A DNA stretch of 64,000 bases, from assembly GCA_047967505.1 (NCBI GenBank), contig CM106538.1; one strand, written 5' to 3'. Under the pieces are notes generated by a model that had not been told where the DNA came from, ran no database searches, and saw nothing but the letters and a program-made list of their open reading frames with translations. The position numbers and the translations under genes were made by a program. This document shows positions 62,262-64,000 of this stretch, one piece after another; the first letter of the stretch is position 1, and the number at the start of each line of letters is the position of its first letter. Origin of the DNA: Dipteris shenzhenensis. Taxonomy: Eukaryota.

Positions 62262-64000
62262 GCATCAGACAATAGCCGCAGCAGAACACTAGGAGACCCC
62301 CTCTGGATCTGTCACGTCATAACCTCTAAACAAAATAGAAATTGGTAACATACTGCCACCTGAGTCAGCAGGAACAATTCCACGTGGCTCGAGGTCTGCA
62401 TGAAAGCCTACCTCGATAAATGACTCCCTACTCGATGCACCTGATCCGCAGGCCCCGCTGCCACAAACAAGCAAGCAATCCTCCCTTTGGATCCGGAAAG
62501 CTTGCTAGAAGCACCTAAAAGTGCAACTAAAAGGCTAAGTATACGTGGTCGTAAAAGTCACACTATTGGCCACCTGGTTACTGGATTGTGGTGGAGGGGG
62601 GATCGGTCTACTCTTTGCGTGTTGGGTCTCACACTCTTTGCTCTAGAGGGGGGTGTTGGAGATATCATAGCCAAAGAGTGTGTTGGTAATGTGTGTTAGA
62701 GTGTAGTCTTAGGTGATCTAGTACTAGTTCATATGTGTGAGTGCCACGTGTCATTATGGGTCTTAGCCCATATGCACTAGGTGCCAGTGTGTTAGTGAGT
62801 AGCTATATAAGGCTTGTACTTCACTTATCTTGTCATACTTGATGAATGAATGAAAGCCTATATGGATTCTACATTTGTCTACCATTTCTTCCCTCCCTAG
62901 CCTGTGTCTCTCTCTCAGTCACACCATGTTTCTAGCAGTAGTCACTAAGTGAGTTAAGGGCACTTACCCTCATTAGAGGTTTTTTCCCCTAACCACAGTT
63001 AAGATTGTTAACTACGGTTAGTGAATAGGTTTAGGTTTTGTCACTTGGACAAAACCTTCACCTCTTGTATGTTTTGGCTATCTCTTCTATTCTACGTTTG
63101 TGGCTTGCTCTCTATCTCTCCTTTTGTTCACAGCTTTCTCCTTTCTTCAACCCTCAGTTCCCTTCTATCCCATCCATCTTCTCTTTCAGTTCATCATCCT
63201 CTTCACTCCGACATGGCAACTCTGTCCGAGATGGCAGAGAACAAGACAGTGTTGCCTACATTCCTAGTTGACCGGCAGTTGAATGGGCTCAATTACGGCA
63301 TCTGGCCAGTGATGATGGAGTCTGTGTTATAGCCATAGAACATGGCATATTTCATCTTGATAGGTGTTGCCCGACCAGACCCCTTGGCGAAAGACCTTAG
63401 CATCCTTGAGCAGGAGGCCGAGACCCTATCTCAGCTCTTGGACCATGTTAATGCCAATGTAAGATCATTTATATTTCTTAACTGTACTCCTTAGGTGATT
63501 AATCACGTGAAGCACATGACAGTGGCCACAAGTATATGGAAGCATTTGGCGTCCATGTATAATCAAACCTCTCCCATGAAGAGGGTGTCATTGGAGGTCC
63601 AGATGAGGTTGTTGGATCCGAAGGGCCAGAAAGGTTATTATTGGTGTCAGTGTCCCCAAAGGAACGCAGAGGGGTCAAGTAACCAGCTGGCCAATAGTGT
63701 TATTGCTGTGACCACATATACTCCAGCCTTCTAGTAGCACAAGGCAAGCACTGCCAGCAGGCTTTCCGTATCCAGATGGAGGATTGCTTGCATGTCTGCG
63801 GCAGGTGGACCTGCCGATCAGATGCACCGAGCAAGGAGTCATTTATCGAGACAGGCTTTCAAGCGGACCTTGAGCCACGAGGAGTAGTTCCCGCTGACTT
63901 AGGTGGCAGTTTGTTACTAGTTTCTATTTTGTTTGGACGTTATGACCTGGCAAATCCAGAGGGGGTCTCCTAGTGTTCTGCTGCAGCATTTATCTGATGC
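62262..64000. repeat. Diverged inverted repeat; arms 62262-62585 and ~63675-64000 (runs off the window)
   Basis: gcagcagaacactaggagaccccctctggat and cactattggcca.ctggttac are present on opposite strands; ORF-track peptides 62289-62474(-) and 63776-63973(+) align. Confidence 0.9.
62645..63620 (+). mobile_element. Copia fragment: PPT, LTR and 5' part of gag
   Basis: agagggggg|tgttgg at 62645-62659. Segment 62946-63070 is homologous to the LTR interior at ~23552-23660. gag from ATG 63213 (RQLNGLNYGIWPVMMESVL...IWKHLASMY). Confidence 0.75.

Overview
Repeat-dominated nuclear DNA from a land plant; a fern-like genome is my inference from abundant (GA)n/(CA)n tracts, short GT-AG introns and CpG depletion. 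One clearly intact host gene is present: an intronless SLT1/HSP20-like gene (2031-3488, minus) with a 23-codon uORF in its leader. An orphan intronless ORF (35989-36720/36930, minus) lies in a CpG-rich island and has a coiled coil plus an R-x4-H, HEPN-like motif. A multi-exon pseudogene of unknown family (minus) can be rebuilt by hand. One exon pair was amplified into a four-copy array, which was then split by a ~23.4-kb block (29154-52560) that carries the orphan ORF. The rest is layered transposon debris: several Ty1/Copia elements, a Gypsy RT remnant, LINE remnants (one with a clean TSD), hAT- and Mutator-like remnants, a foldback MITE, a Helentron/Helitron2-type Rep-helicase and unclassified repeats. 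I found no rRNA, tRNA or CRISPR array. All alignments and counts were done by eye and no searches were run.
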